Source of the DNA: Methanobacteriota archaeon | GTDB lineage: Archaea > Thermoplasmatota > Poseidoniia > Poseidoniales > Poseidoniaceae | DNA length: 64,000 nt | Direction: 5' to 3' | Assembly (NCBI GenBank): GCA_002699515.1 | Contig: PAAW01000025.1 | Coordinates: 29,000-92,999, forward strand | In this document: one piece after another, positions 38,352-48,315 of the stretch | Numbering within the stretch: position 1 is the first letter of the stretch | Layout: every line of letters begins with the position of its first letter | The notes under the pieces: generated by a model | Seen by the model: the letters and a program-made list of their open reading frames with translations, nothing else | Told to the model about the DNA's origin: nothing | Database searches by the model: none | Translations under genes and position numbers: made by a program

Positions 38352-39116
38352 ATCTAGATCAATAATGACTGGTGCATGATCACTAACAACTAAACCTCCT
38401 TCACGATTTATTTCAGCATTTGTGATTAATTTAACTGCTGCTTCATTAGCTAGAAAATAATCAATTCTCCATCCTCTGTCGAGTATTCTTGCTCTTCCTC
38501 TATTTGACCACCATGAATATGGTCCCTTTTTATCGCCGAAAAAGGTTCTACAAACATCAGTCCATCCACATTCTAGAACTCTATCAAACCATTCCCTCTC
38601 ATGAGGTAAAAATCCAGATGACATTTTATTTCCAGAGGGGTTCCAAATATCATTTTCTGTATGTGCAATATTTAAGTCTCCTGCAACAATTACTGGCGTA
38701 TTTAGAGATACATATTCATTAAGCCAAATTAAAAAATCTTCCATCCATTTTTCTTTATACATTTGTCTCTCGACTTTTGAACTTCCACTGGGTAAATATG
38801 TGTTTATTAATATTAAATTTTCATGTTTTGTTACAAGAATTCTTCCTTCTTCATCAGAATCACTCGCTTTTCCCTTTTTCACGGTTTCAAATTTATTATT
38901 TGAAAAAGTAGCAACTCCAGAATAACCTTTCCTTAAGGCTGGGTGCCAAGAATAAGTCATTTCAAGTGGAGGTGTCCAATTTTTAGGTAATTGTTCTTCT
39001 AAACATCTAATTTCTTGTAACATTAGAATGTCAGGTTTCATTTGTTCAACAAAATCATCTAGTCCTTTGCGAATTGCAGCCCTAATTCCATTTACATTCC
39101 AAGAAATAATACGCAT
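38346..39116 (-). CDS. xth: Exodeoxyribonuclease III / AP endonuclease
   Basis: SWNVNGIRA, LQE, GYSGVA, EGR, GDLNIAH, YSWWS, GWRIDY, SDHAP. Confidence 0.96.
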   Translation of the reverse strand: MRIISWNVNGIRAAIRKGLDDFVEQMKPDILMLQEIRCLEEQLPKNWTPPLEMTYSWHPALRKGYSGVATFSNNKFETVKKGKASDSDEEGRILVTKHENLILINTYLPSGSSKVERQMYKEKWMEDFLIWLNEYVSLNTPVIVAGDLNIAHTENDIWNPSGNKMSSGFLPHEREWFDRVLECGWTDVCRTFFGDKKGPYSWWSNRGRARILDRGWRIDYFLANEAAVKLITNAEINREGGLVVSDHAPVIIDLDL

Positions 39117-39120
39117 ATTC

Positions 39121-39600
39121 TCACAGTAAATTTTCTATTAATCGTTCCAAATTTTGATTTCTTGCACAATAATGACATTGTAAAATCATTGGTGTTGTAC
39201 TTAGTACTTTTAGCCTATGAGGTAGTGGTTCTCTGACTGAATTACTTATACAATTCGAATATATGCAGTGTGCAACATTAATCATTTCATCAGATAATTG
39301 AATTGTTAATTTTTCTGCAACGGAATAATTTCTAATTATTGATACTGAAGCCATTGGTGCAATTAATGCTAATCTATCAAGTTCATCTTGTGTCAATTCT
39401 CTATCTTCAATTTTTAAGATGTCTTTAGTGCCAAGTTTACCCGATGGAACATTCATTACCAAGGATATTGGATTTGATTGTCTCCCATCAACATTAAAAA
39501 TTCGTAATGCTTGTAATACCATTCCTCCAGGAATATGATCTATTACCGTACCATTTCTAATTGCAGTAACTCTTCTCATTGATTGTTCATCAGCACTCAT
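39121..39600 (-). CDS. pyrI: Aspartate carbamoyltransferase regulatory chain
   Basis: IRNGTVIDHI, KDILKIE, Zn ligands CIYSNC...CHYC. Confidence 0.95.
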   Translation of the reverse strand: MSADEQSMRRVTAIRNGTVIDHIPGGMVLQALRIFNVDGRQSNPISLVMNVPSGKLGTKDILKIEDRELTQDELDRLALIAPMASVSIIRNYSVAEKLTIQLSDEMINVAHCIYSNCISNSVREPLPHRLKVLSTTPMILQCHYCARNQNLERLIENLL

Positions 39601-40556
39601 TATTTTCCACCTCCTATTTTTTCAGGAATTGATATATTTAACATATCGCAGAGTAATGCCATCCTAGTAACAACTCCATTAAACGCCTGTTCAAAATATG
39701 CAGCATGTCTTGTAGAATCTACATCAGGATTTATTTCATCAACTCGAGGTAGTGGATGCATCACAATCATGTCTTTTTTAACAGAAGATAAATCATCAGC
39801 AACTAATTTATATACTCCAGCAATTCTTACATATTCGTCTTCATCAGGAAACCGTTCTTTTTGAATTCTAGTCATGTATACCACATCAGCATTTTCTAAT
39901 TGTGGTTTAAGTTCCTCGGTAATCTTCAATTCCCCTCCTTGTTCTTTTAGTTCATTGATTATCTCCTCTGGTAATTTAAGGCTTTCTGGACTAACTAGTG
40001 TTAATTTACAACCAAATCTTACTAATGCATATGAAAGAGAATGAACAGTTCTTCCAAATCTCAAATCACCAACTAATACAACATTTAAATTTTCTATTCT
40101 TCCATGTGCTTGCTTAATTGTAAATAAATCAAGCATTGTTTGAGTAGGATGGTGTCCTGCACCGTCACCTGCATTTGCAATAGGAACATTTGCACAGTCT
40201 GAAGCATATTGTGCGGCACCCTGCAATGGATGTCTTAGTGCAATAACATCAGAATATCCATCGACCATTCTAATTGTATCATGTAATGTTTCACCTTTTA
40301 CAACAGAAGAGGATGCTACCGCACCTAAATTAACCACATCTCCTCCCAAGCGTTTCATTGCTGTTTCAAATGACATTCTTGTTCTAGTAGATGGTTCAAA
40401 AAACAAATTACCAAGAATCTTACCCTGTAATAGAGGCAAGTGTAAATTTCCCTTTGCAACAGGTAATAATTTTTCAGCATCTGCAAGTATTCTATGAATG
40501 TCATCATTTGTCAAATCGTCCATCGTTATCAGAGAATTCATGTTCTTTCGCCCCAA
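39600..40556 (-). CDS. pyrB: Aspartate carbamoyltransferase catalytic chain
   Basis: FFEPSTRTRMSF, HPTQTMLD, GDLRFGRTVHS, RIQKERF, HPLPR. Confidence 0.97.
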   Translation of the reverse strand: MGRKNMNSLITMDDLTNDDIHRILADAEKLLPVAKGNLHLPLLQGKILGNLFFEPSTRTRMSFETAMKRLGGDVVNLGAVASSSVVKGETLHDTIRMVDGYSDVIALRHPLQGAAQYASDCANVPIANAGDGAGHHPTQTMLDLFTIKQAHGRIENLNVVLVGDLRFGRTVHSLSYALVRFGCKLTLVSPESLKLPEEIINELKEQGGELKITEELKPQLENADVVYMTRIQKERFPDEDEYVRIAGVYKLVADDLSSVKKDMIVMHPLPRVDEINPDVDSTRHAAYFEQAFNGVVTRMALLCDMLNISIPEKIGGGK

Positions 40557-40658
40557 TGGGCTTAGACGCCCGTCAATAACCCTTGCCCTATGTTGAAATG
40601 CAAAATAATTGAACTAATAGGGGTGTCATTCTTGAATAAGAGCATTGTCCGCTGTTTG

Positions 40659-41627
40659 ATGATAGTTAGCCGAACCCCCTTAAGAGTCTCTTTTTGTGGC
40701 GGTGGTTCAGACTTAAAAAAATATTACAGTTCTTCAAAAAAAGGAGGAAGAGTTACCTCAGTAGCCTTGAAAAAATACGTATATGTTACGGTTAATTCAA
40801 GATTTGACGAATCAGTTAGAGTATCATATTCACAAATGGAAATTGTTGACGATTTTGAAAAATTAAATCATCAACTAGTTAAAGAAGCAATGAGAATGAC
40901 TGGTGTTGTAAAAGGAGTTGAAATTACCACTATTGCAGATATACCAAGTAAAGGAAGCGGATTAGGCTCATCCTCATCAGTAACTGTAGGGTTATTACAT
41001 GCATTACATTGCTTTGCTGGAAGAACACCCAGTCCTTCACAATTAGCAGAAGAAGCATGTAAAATCGAGATTGAAATATTGGGGCAAACAATTGGAAAAC
41101 AGGATCAATACGCTGCTGCTTTTGGAGGCTGTAATTATATGATTTTTAATCCAGAGGGAACTGTTTCAGTTGAAAAATTATCTACTGAAATCTCATTAGA
41201 AAATAATTTTGCATTATTATATACGGGGATAACAAGATTGGCAAATAATATATTAAAAGAGCAAAATGACCGAACAGAAAAGAACCGGGAAAGTTTAGAT
41301 TTATTAGTAGAACAAGCCAATATTGCTAAAGAAATGATACTCGATAAGAATTATTCAGGATTAGCTAATTTGTTAAATGAAACTTGGATTTGTAAAAAAG
41401 AATTAGGCTCTAATGTATCAAATGAAAAAATAGATTTAATGTTTAATAAATTATATGATTGCGGAATTAATGGAGCAAAATTACTAGGTGCAGGAGGAGG
41501 TGGTTTTATTTTATTCGAAGGAGATAATGAGGTGATGGATATGGTTAAATCTGAATTTTCAGATAAAAAGGTTATACCTTTAGAAATTGATCATGAAGGT
41601 TCTTGTATTCTATTTTCAGATAGGTGA
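40659..41627 (+). CDS. GHMP kinase, HddA-like D-glycero-alpha-D-manno-heptose-7-phosphate kinase
   Basis: RTPLRVSFCGGGSD, DIPSKGSGLGSSSS, IGKQDQYAAAFGG, GAKLLGAGGGGF. Confidence 0.85.
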   Translation: MIVSRTPLRVSFCGGGSDLKKYYSSSKKGGRVTSVALKKYVYVTVNSRFDESVRVSYSQMEIVDDFEKLNHQLVKEAMRMTGVVKGVEITTIADIPSKGSGLGSSSSVTVGLLHALHCFAGRTPSPSQLAEEACKIEIEILGQTIGKQDQYAAAFGGCNYMIFNPEGTVSVEKLSTEISLENNFALLYTGITRLANNILKEQNDRTEKNRESLDLLVEQANIAKEMILDKNYSGLANLLNETWICKKELGSNVSNEKIDLMFNKLYDCGINGAKLLGAGGGGFILFEGDNEVMDMVKSEFSDKKVIPLEIDHEGSCILFSDR

Positions 41628-41631
41628 TTTA

Positions 41632-43995
41632 ATGAAAAAAGAGATATTAATGATATTATGTTTATTCATTAGTATATTTTCTTGTGTAATGCCATCAACA
41701 TTTGCAGAATCAGATTTAGAAGATGAATTAATAGAGTTATCATTTGATTTATTAGATTTAGAAACGGGACAAATAATTGATTCTGCAGAAATTTCTGTTG
41801 TTGAGGGATGGACAGGAACAATTATTGAACAAAAAACCCTCTTTTCTGGGGAATCAATTTTTGTAATTAAAAATCATAGTTTAAGATTTAAATTTTCTAA
41901 AGAAGGATATAATGATTGGAATTCAATTTCAGAAATTTATTCTGATGAAGAACTCATTAATGTAAATTTTACATCTAATCTTGAAACATATAATTTTACA
42001 ATTGAAGAGGAAGCAAATGTAACTGGAGGTACTATAGAATTATCATTTGATTCAATGTCTAGTAACTCAAATATTAATTTAAGTTGGGAAGCAAATTATG
42101 AGTTTTCTATGCATTTAGGTACAAATTTACTTCCAAATAAATCATTAGGGTTATCAGGTCAAATAGATTATTGGATTGGAGATATGGATGGCATATTACA
42201 ACTTGAAGAGAAGCAGTTGTTTACTAATTGGTTCCAAGAACAAGCCTGGACAGATCCTTACTTTGGGGGTTGTTGTAAAATCGATGGGCACTTTCCTTTA
42301 CTTTCAAATTTAGTATCTCCAGACGATACTTGGTTAGATGTTGGATTAGGGACTTGGGGGTGGAATGAATCTACAACATTGTCTGTCCATTCGGGATTTA
42401 CTGGAAATAGATTATTGGAAATACCTTTACAAAATGATATTAGGCAATTGGCAAATATGCAAATCATAACCCATCCTGAGTGGGAATATAGATTTTCTCC
42501 AAATTCAGATTGGATAAATGGAAGTCCTACAAATATTAATGTAAACAGGAGTTTTTCTGGAATTAATGGTTTTATTCCAATCACTTTTGCCAAGAATACT
42601 GCACCAATAGTACAGTCTGCAATAATTGGACATTTAGGCTCATCATTACCTTTGGATGTAAATATTACATTTGATGGTTCTAGTTCAACAGATTCATCCC
42701 ATAACATTGGTCTAGGTTCTAATTTAGAATGTATTTGGACATTAAAATCAGGAGATTTGATTTATGATTCCCCCCAAATGATTATGATAGTTAATCTAAC
42801 AGATTTAGGATTTTTATCGAACACGACATTAGAGACCTCATTAGAGTGTACAGACCCACAAGGATTAACAGATGTATGGAATAAAAGTTGGTATCTTGAT
42901 ACAACGCATCCTACAGCTATTGAATTATTTGGTGATGCAGTATGTATAGACAATCCATTGGAAACAAATTTGTTAGTATGTGATGAATTATTAGTTGAAT
43001 CTAGTAAGATGTTATTGTTTAATTTATCTTTAGAAGATGATGGTCCAGGGGATCCAATTGTATTTTGGTCATCTAATCATCTTGATGGCTGGGCAGCTGA
43101 AGGAAATGAAATGAATGTGGCTTTTTGGCAAGGACAAAATACGAACATCAATTTTGTAATGTATGATCAACATCATCAAGAAAGAGAATTATCTATTTGG
43201 AATTTAAGTCTTAGAATTTCCGATGAAGTAGCAAATGATTGGATCAAATCATGGAATGTCACAGTATCAGATGGCTCAGCACCAAGAATTAAGATGAAAT
43301 TATTAGATCAAGACCAACTTTTAGATCTAATGAATATTTATTCTGGAGATGAGGTTTTTGTCAATTTAAATTCTAGTTTTGATGATATTAATTCAATTGA
43401 AGATGTGAGATTTGTTATAAAATTAAATGGAAATATTATCGCAGATAGTAATGAAATAGGATGGGATGAGGTGAAATTATTCTCACTACCAAATCTTGCA
43501 GTAGGAATTCATGAATTAGTCATTATCGCGACAGACAAATCTGGCAATAATGCAGAAGAAAGATACGAATTTCATATTCTTCCTGCTCTCTCAATAAATA
43601 TTAGTACTGAAGTAAATGTTCCTTTAGGGAAACTAATTGAGGGTGAAAATGATCTAGAATTTAAATTAATAAATAAAGGAGGTTCTCCTTATGATGTAAT
43701 CATTTGTATTCAAAGTGATTGTTTAGATTATAATGGAACAGGAGCTACTATTGATGGATTTGGTTATTCTAATTTCACATTAAGTTTTAATTTAAATGAA
43801 TCCGAATTATTAGACGTCAATTATACCTTCAAATATGATTCAGAAATAATCCAATTTAATGAAACATATGACTTTGAATTTGAGGAGACTGTCGAGGAGA
43901 ATAGAATAATAAAAATCTTCATATTTTTCTTTGTATGTTTTTGTATTGTTTTTGGAATTAAAATTGTAATTGATAAGAAACGAGAACAAATCTGA
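41632..43995 (+). CDS. Large secreted acidic Ig/PKD-like surface glycoprotein with C-terminal TM anchor
   Basis: Signal peptide MKKEILMIL...TFA, PKD-like FDGSSSTDS, about 23 NxS/T sequons, C-terminal TM plus KKRE; SD AGGTGA before ATG 41632. Confidence 0.8.
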   Translation: MKKEILMILCLFISIFSCVMPSTFAESDLEDELIELSFDLLDLETGQIIDSAEISVVEGWTGTIIEQKTLFSGESIFVIKNHSLRFKFSKEGYNDWNSISEIYSDEELINVNFTSNLETYNFTIEEEANVTGGTIELSFDSMSSNSNINLSWEANYEFSMHLGTNLLPNKSLGLSGQIDYWIGDMDGILQLEEKQLFTNWFQEQAWTDPYFGGCCKIDGHFPLLSNLVSPDDTWLDVGLGTWGWNESTTLSVHSGFTGNRLLEIPLQNDIRQLANMQIITHPEWEYRFSPNSDWINGSPTNINVNRSFSGINGFIPITFAKNTAPIVQSAIIGHLGSSLPLDVNITFDGSSSTDSSHNIGLGSNLECIWTLKSGDLIYDSPQMIMIVNLTDLGFLSNTTLETSLECTDPQGLTDVWNKSWYLDTTHPTAIELFGDAVCIDNPLETNLLVCDELLVESSKMLLFNLSLEDDGPGDPIVFWSSNHLDGWAAEGNEMNVAFWQGQNTNINFVMYDQHHQERELSIWNLSLRISDEVANDWIKSWNVTVSDGSAPRIKMKLLDQDQLLDLMNIYSGDEVFVNLNSSFDDINSIEDVRFVIKLNGNIIADSNEIGWDEVKLFSLPNLAVGIHELVIIATDKSGNNAEERYEFHILPALSINISTEVNVPLGKLIEGENDLEFKLINKGGSPYDVIICIQSDCLDYNGTGATIDGFGYSNFTLSFNLNESELLDVNYTFKYDSEIIQFNETYDFEFEETVEENRIIKIFIFFFVCFCIVFGIKIVIDKKREQI

Positions 43996-44008
43996 AAATG
44001 GTGGTAAT

Positions 44009-45736
44009 ATGCAAAATTCTATTTCAGAACTTATTGAAAAGAGAGAGTTAATAATTCAAAATAGAATAGAGAAATTATCTTTATTTTCAGGGCTTATTTT
44101 ATTTTTAACTGCATTATGGTGTTTATGGCCAGTATTCAGTAACAAGATAGATCCATTAGCGGTTCTAACTCCAGCAATTATAGCTTTGATATGGGCGGGA
44201 TTAATTCCAGATTTCCAAGTTTTAAATTCTACAACCCGTTCAAGACTTGGTGCTGCAACAAGTGTTTTTTGGCTCCCTCTTGCGGTATTAGGTTCTAAAT
44301 CAATTTTAGATTCAGATTTTATAATGGTTGGAGGTATTTTACTAATTACTTGTGCAGCATCATTATTATTGATATCTAGAAATTTACTTTATGGAGAATA
44401 TAAAGTAGTACGATACCGTTCAATTATGGGATTTGTAGGTGTTTTTGCAGGGTTATCTGTATTAATTCCCCAAGGGTTTGAAACTAATTCATTAGGCCTT
44501 TTAATTATTTTAATTGGATTAATTATCCCATTGAAAGATTGGTTTGGTAGTGATGAAAATAGGTCAGTTAGAAAGGAATTTAAACAGAAGTTAGATTTAA
44601 TTGAAAATGAATTATTGATTCATAGATCGAAGGGTAGAGCAGTAGATCAAGCAGCATCATTAGTTCTTTCAGCATCACAAGAAGGACATTTAGACCCTGA
44701 ATTCGGTCTTGAAATGATTTCTAGAGCAAGAGATTCAATGACTAGAGCCATACGCTTAGAAGAGGATATTATTGAAATTAGAGAAGATACTGAAATAATA
44801 ATCTCTAAAGCAGAAGATATAGCACCAATTGCGAAAACACCACGCAGAACCTTTATCCAAGCAGAAAGAGAAGTACAATTAGGAAGTTTAGAAGAAGGGG
44901 AATTTTTGTATAGGTTATCAAAAAAACAAGCAACTGAGATATGTGAATGGTGGGAAAAGGCCGAACTTGCAATAAGTGACGCAAAAAGATTACTTTTAGA
45001 ACAAAAAGGACAAGCTATAGAATCATTAGAATCATTACTTACTGAAGCAATGACTAATTTAGAGATCGAAAAACCAAAACAAGCATATGAATTTGCAATA
45101 TCAATACCTATTCAATTATCCTCTGTAGAGGGCAATGCTGAAATTGGTATTCAAGCAATAGACTCAGCAAAACAGAAATTAAAGGAATCTGATGGACTTA
45201 ATACAGAATTATGGATTGAAAACTTAGAAAGAGCCGAGAAAGCAATCGAAAAGGGAGATTATAGTCTTGGAAGAGGTTTGGCTGAGAGTGTTTTAAGACA
45301 AATCGATAGTGAAAGAGAATCCATGGATTTCCTCAGAAAGGCACTTAGACAAAGATCCAAAATTAAATCCAAATGGAAGAATTTTGCAAATAGTTCAGAG
45401 TGGGATAAACGTTTACAAGAAATAGAAGATGCAGCAAATGAGTTAGAATGGAGCCATGCAGCAGCGCTTTTCGAACGTTTGAATGATTCATTAGAATCTG
45501 AGATTAATGCTTTTTCAGAAGCCAGTGAATTACTAGAATTTGCAAAGAATGAGTGGACAACATTAAGAAATAAATGTGAGAAAATAGGGATTGATATTCT
45601 TGATAAGCAACGTAGAAATGCTGAACAATTTATTTCAGAGGCCACAATAGCAATTGAAAATGGTGAACTAAAAGTATGTTTAGATAAATTAGGAGAAACA
45701 GATAAAATGATGGAGAAATTAAGAAGAAGAGTTTAG
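44009..45736 (+). CDS. Membrane protein with ~6 TMs and a long cytoplasmic helical/coiled-coil region
   Basis: Hydrophobic N-terminal third, then E/K/A/L-rich helical repeats; SD GGTGGT. Confidence 0.8.
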   Translation: MQNSISELIEKRELIIQNRIEKLSLFSGLILFLTALWCLWPVFSNKIDPLAVLTPAIIALIWAGLIPDFQVLNSTTRSRLGAATSVFWLPLAVLGSKSILDSDFIMVGGILLITCAASLLLISRNLLYGEYKVVRYRSIMGFVGVFAGLSVLIPQGFETNSLGLLIILIGLIIPLKDWFGSDENRSVRKEFKQKLDLIENELLIHRSKGRAVDQAASLVLSASQEGHLDPEFGLEMISRARDSMTRAIRLEEDIIEIREDTEIIISKAEDIAPIAKTPRRTFIQAEREVQLGSLEEGEFLYRLSKKQATEICEWWEKAELAISDAKRLLLEQKGQAIESLESLLTEAMTNLEIEKPKQAYEFAISIPIQLSSVEGNAEIGIQAIDSAKQKLKESDGLNTELWIENLERAEKAIEKGDYSLGRGLAESVLRQIDSERESMDFLRKALRQRSKIKSKWKNFANSSEWDKRLQEIEDAANELEWSHAAALFERLNDSLESEINAFSEASELLEFAKNEWTTLRNKCEKIGIDILDKQRRNAEQFISEATIAIENGELKVCLDKLGETDKMMEKLRRRV

Positions 45737-45738
45737 TA

Positions 45739-46422
45739 TTACTCTTCTGCTAATAATATCTTCACATCTTCTACAACTAATTCTGGAACCCAATCTAAAT
45801 CCATCCATTCAACTCTTTGTTTTAGGTTTTTATCTAAAATGAATGAAGAGGTTGTATGATTCAAAAAATATTCGAATGGGTGGTGACGTGCACTGGTTTC
45901 TGAATTATTTGCTTCACTGGCTTTATAGGTTTTCAATCCAACACCAAAAGCACCCCATATTTCTTCCATAACTCCAATTTCTTCAGGATTAAATTCTCCA
46001 TCCCCATCAGGATCAACATCCCAAGAAAGAAAATTCCAATCAACAGACATATTTTCTTTCCATTGACCCATTGCTTCTGGAGTATCTAACCAAGGATCTA
46101 CAGTTATTGCAAGGATTTCCAAATCATTATTATATTCTTCAGGGAATTGCTCGGAGAGCCATTTTAGAGATTGAACTACAACAGGGCAAACATCAGGACA
46201 TCTAGTAAATACAAAAGAAATTACAACAACTTTACCTTTAAATTCAGTAATATTAAATTCAGTATTTGTTTCATTAATTAAAGTAAACATCGGGACATCT
46301 TTACTTTCAATATCAATTCCAAAAAAAACATCTTTGTTTTCTACACTTGCTGGCTCATAACATCCAGGAAGTAAAATTACTAACATTAAAAGAATAGAAA
46401 TTATTTTTTTTACATACATCAT
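45739..46422 (-). CDS. SCO1/SenC-family copper chaperone lipoprotein
   Basis: Lipobox LLPGC, FTRCPDVC, ITVDP..DTPE, distal His in NHTTSSFILD; SD AGGTGA overlaps the upstream stop. Confidence 0.92.
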   Translation of the reverse strand: MMYVKKIISILLMLVILLPGCYEPASVENKDVFFGIDIESKDVPMFTLINETNTEFNITEFKGKVVVISFVFTRCPDVCPVVVQSLKWLSEQFPEEYNNDLEILAITVDPWLDTPEAMGQWKENMSVDWNFLSWDVDPDGDGEFNPEEIGVMEEIWGAFGVGLKTYKASEANNSETSARHHPFEYFLNHTTSSFILDKNLKQRVEWMDLDWVPELVVEDVKILLAEE

Positions 46423-46429
46423 TTTCACC

Positions 46430-48259
46430 TTAGGAATTTGTATACGGAATATCAATATCCAACTGCATTACATATAATCCCGTAGTAATACATGATGCGT
46501 ATGTAATCCCATCTTGCCATTCTGCAGCCCATAAGAATGGAGTCCATCCAAAATCATAGTAGTTAGAATCAAGTGGAACCCCATCTTGTCCATGAGGTAA
46601 ATAATAAGCAACTGTTGCTTCAAAATTAATATCAGTTCTATTGTCGCTGTCTTCTGCAGCCATTAATGTTTCAATATCTACAACCCATAAACCTGCATGA
46701 TAGTGAGAGATATACAGTCTTCCATCCCATCCACCACCATGAGATGTGTCTGTATTTTCATCGGTAACAAAATATTCTGAATCTAAGTTATGAGGACTAA
46801 ATAATAACCATTCTTCTGCACTAGGATGTGCTATACAATCTGCTCCATAGCAATGGTCCTCAGCATAAGGGATTTCCCAGTCTCTAATTAATTGCGGTAA
46901 GAACCTTAAGTTTCCATTTTCCATTTTATATTCTGTAGTATCTATAAGGTAAATAAGACCAGTACCTACATTTGTCGAAAGTACTTCAACTGCTGCTAGA
47001 CTTAGATGTCTTTTTCCCTCATAACCAAGATGGCTGGCATCTACCATTTCTGGAAATGGCTCAGTATAATGGATGTAAGAGGATCTACCTCCATTTTCAT
47101 TACTAGTAGTTCCACTATCAGGTTCTCCATTTTCATCAAAATCTGCAAACTCCATCCATTGCCCTACTTCTGGAGCTCTCCATCTACAAAGTACTGGATT
47201 TCCTAACCCTGCTTTACAAGTAGTGGCCATTAATGTATAGGCTTCTGGAGAGTTTTGAGGATGCGGGACATCTGAAACATCAGCTATTCGGAGGCCTGCT
47301 TCCCAATATGCACCATAGATGTAGGTTCTTCCATATCTTGGATCTTCAGTATCATCCCCAGGCCATAACTGAACAGTCATATCATGAATGTAAATCCACC
47401 CACCTCTAGTCGAGTCCCAATTTACTTCATATTCTCCAACTTTAATTACTGTATGTCCAGCACCTGAAGATTGAACACCAGGCAATAAATTAGCAGCGGA
47501 ACCTTGTAAATTAAGATGAGCAATTGTTACTCCTCCACAAGCTTCACCTACTGCACTATCACAGTCTTCATAATCAGGGTTTGCAACAAAGATATACCAT
47601 TCATTATCAATCATATGAGTGTAAAGGTTATGTGGACCACTAGGGTGATCAGCATCATACCAAGAGTCTACATGCGTGGGGTTTTCTTTATCTGTAACAT
47701 CTATTAAATTTACAGAAACTTGCATGGGGTCAGACCATTCCCCTACATTTGGATCAGCATATCCTGGATCGATTAATTGATTTTGAGATATAATATACTC
47801 TCTTCCATCATATTCAAGATATTTCACATCTAAAACTTGTGTATTAGGGTCAACATATTTTCCAACTTGAGTAACATTACGAGGATCTGTAACATCAGTA
47901 ATATGGAATTCAGACCAACCTGCTTGGTAAACATATGTTCTCCCATCTGGAGATGTAGCAACTTGAATTTCTGCATTTCCAGGGTTTGTCAGTGGTTCAA
48001 AATCCAATAGTTCTACATTTCCAGAAGATAAATTATGTTGGGATGCGTTTCTATGATCATGCTCATCACCTTGTAAAAGAGGGTCTCCCTCGCCAAATAA
48101 TGAATTTGTGTTTTCATTAATCTCTTCTCCACCTAAAAAGAACATAGAGCTTGTAATTATACTAATTATTATCAGGACTGAAAGTAAAAAAACCATGATT
48201 TCTTTACTTTGAAAATCATTCGGTTTGAATCCTTTTTGTTCACCCATTGATACACCCAA
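46430..48259 (-). CDS. LVIVD-repeat-like beta-propeller protein with N-terminal membrane anchor
   Basis: Repeats ITDVTDP, LIDVTDKENP, RIADVSD, LWVVDI; His motifs PHN, IHD, IHY, PHN, SHYH; HDHRNASQH linker. Confidence 0.75.
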   Translation of the reverse strand: MGVSMGEQKGFKPNDFQSKEIMVFLLSVLIIISIITSSMFFLGGEEINENTNSLFGEGDPLLQGDEHDHRNASQHNLSSGNVELLDFEPLTNPGNAEIQVATSPDGRTYVYQAGWSEFHITDVTDPRNVTQVGKYVDPNTQVLDVKYLEYDGREYIISQNQLIDPGYADPNVGEWSDPMQVSVNLIDVTDKENPTHVDSWYDADHPSGPHNLYTHMIDNEWYIFVANPDYEDCDSAVGEACGGVTIAHLNLQGSAANLLPGVQSSGAGHTVIKVGEYEVNWDSTRGGWIYIHDMTVQLWPGDDTEDPRYGRTYIYGAYWEAGLRIADVSDVPHPQNSPEAYTLMATTCKAGLGNPVLCRWRAPEVGQWMEFADFDENGEPDSGTTSNENGGRSSYIHYTEPFPEMVDASHLGYEGKRHLSLAAVEVLSTNVGTGLIYLIDTTEYKMENGNLRFLPQLIRDWEIPYAEDHCYGADCIAHPSAEEWLLFSPHNLDSEYFVTDENTDTSHGGGWDGRLYISHYHAGLWVVDIETLMAAEDSDNRTDINFEATVAYYLPHGQDGVPLDSNYYDFGWTPFLWAAEWQDGITYASCITTGLYVMQLDIDIPYTNS

Positions 48260-48315
48260 TACAACGTTTTTTATTTATGCATTGGTGACATGGGCTCATC
48301 ATGCACAGACACGGT

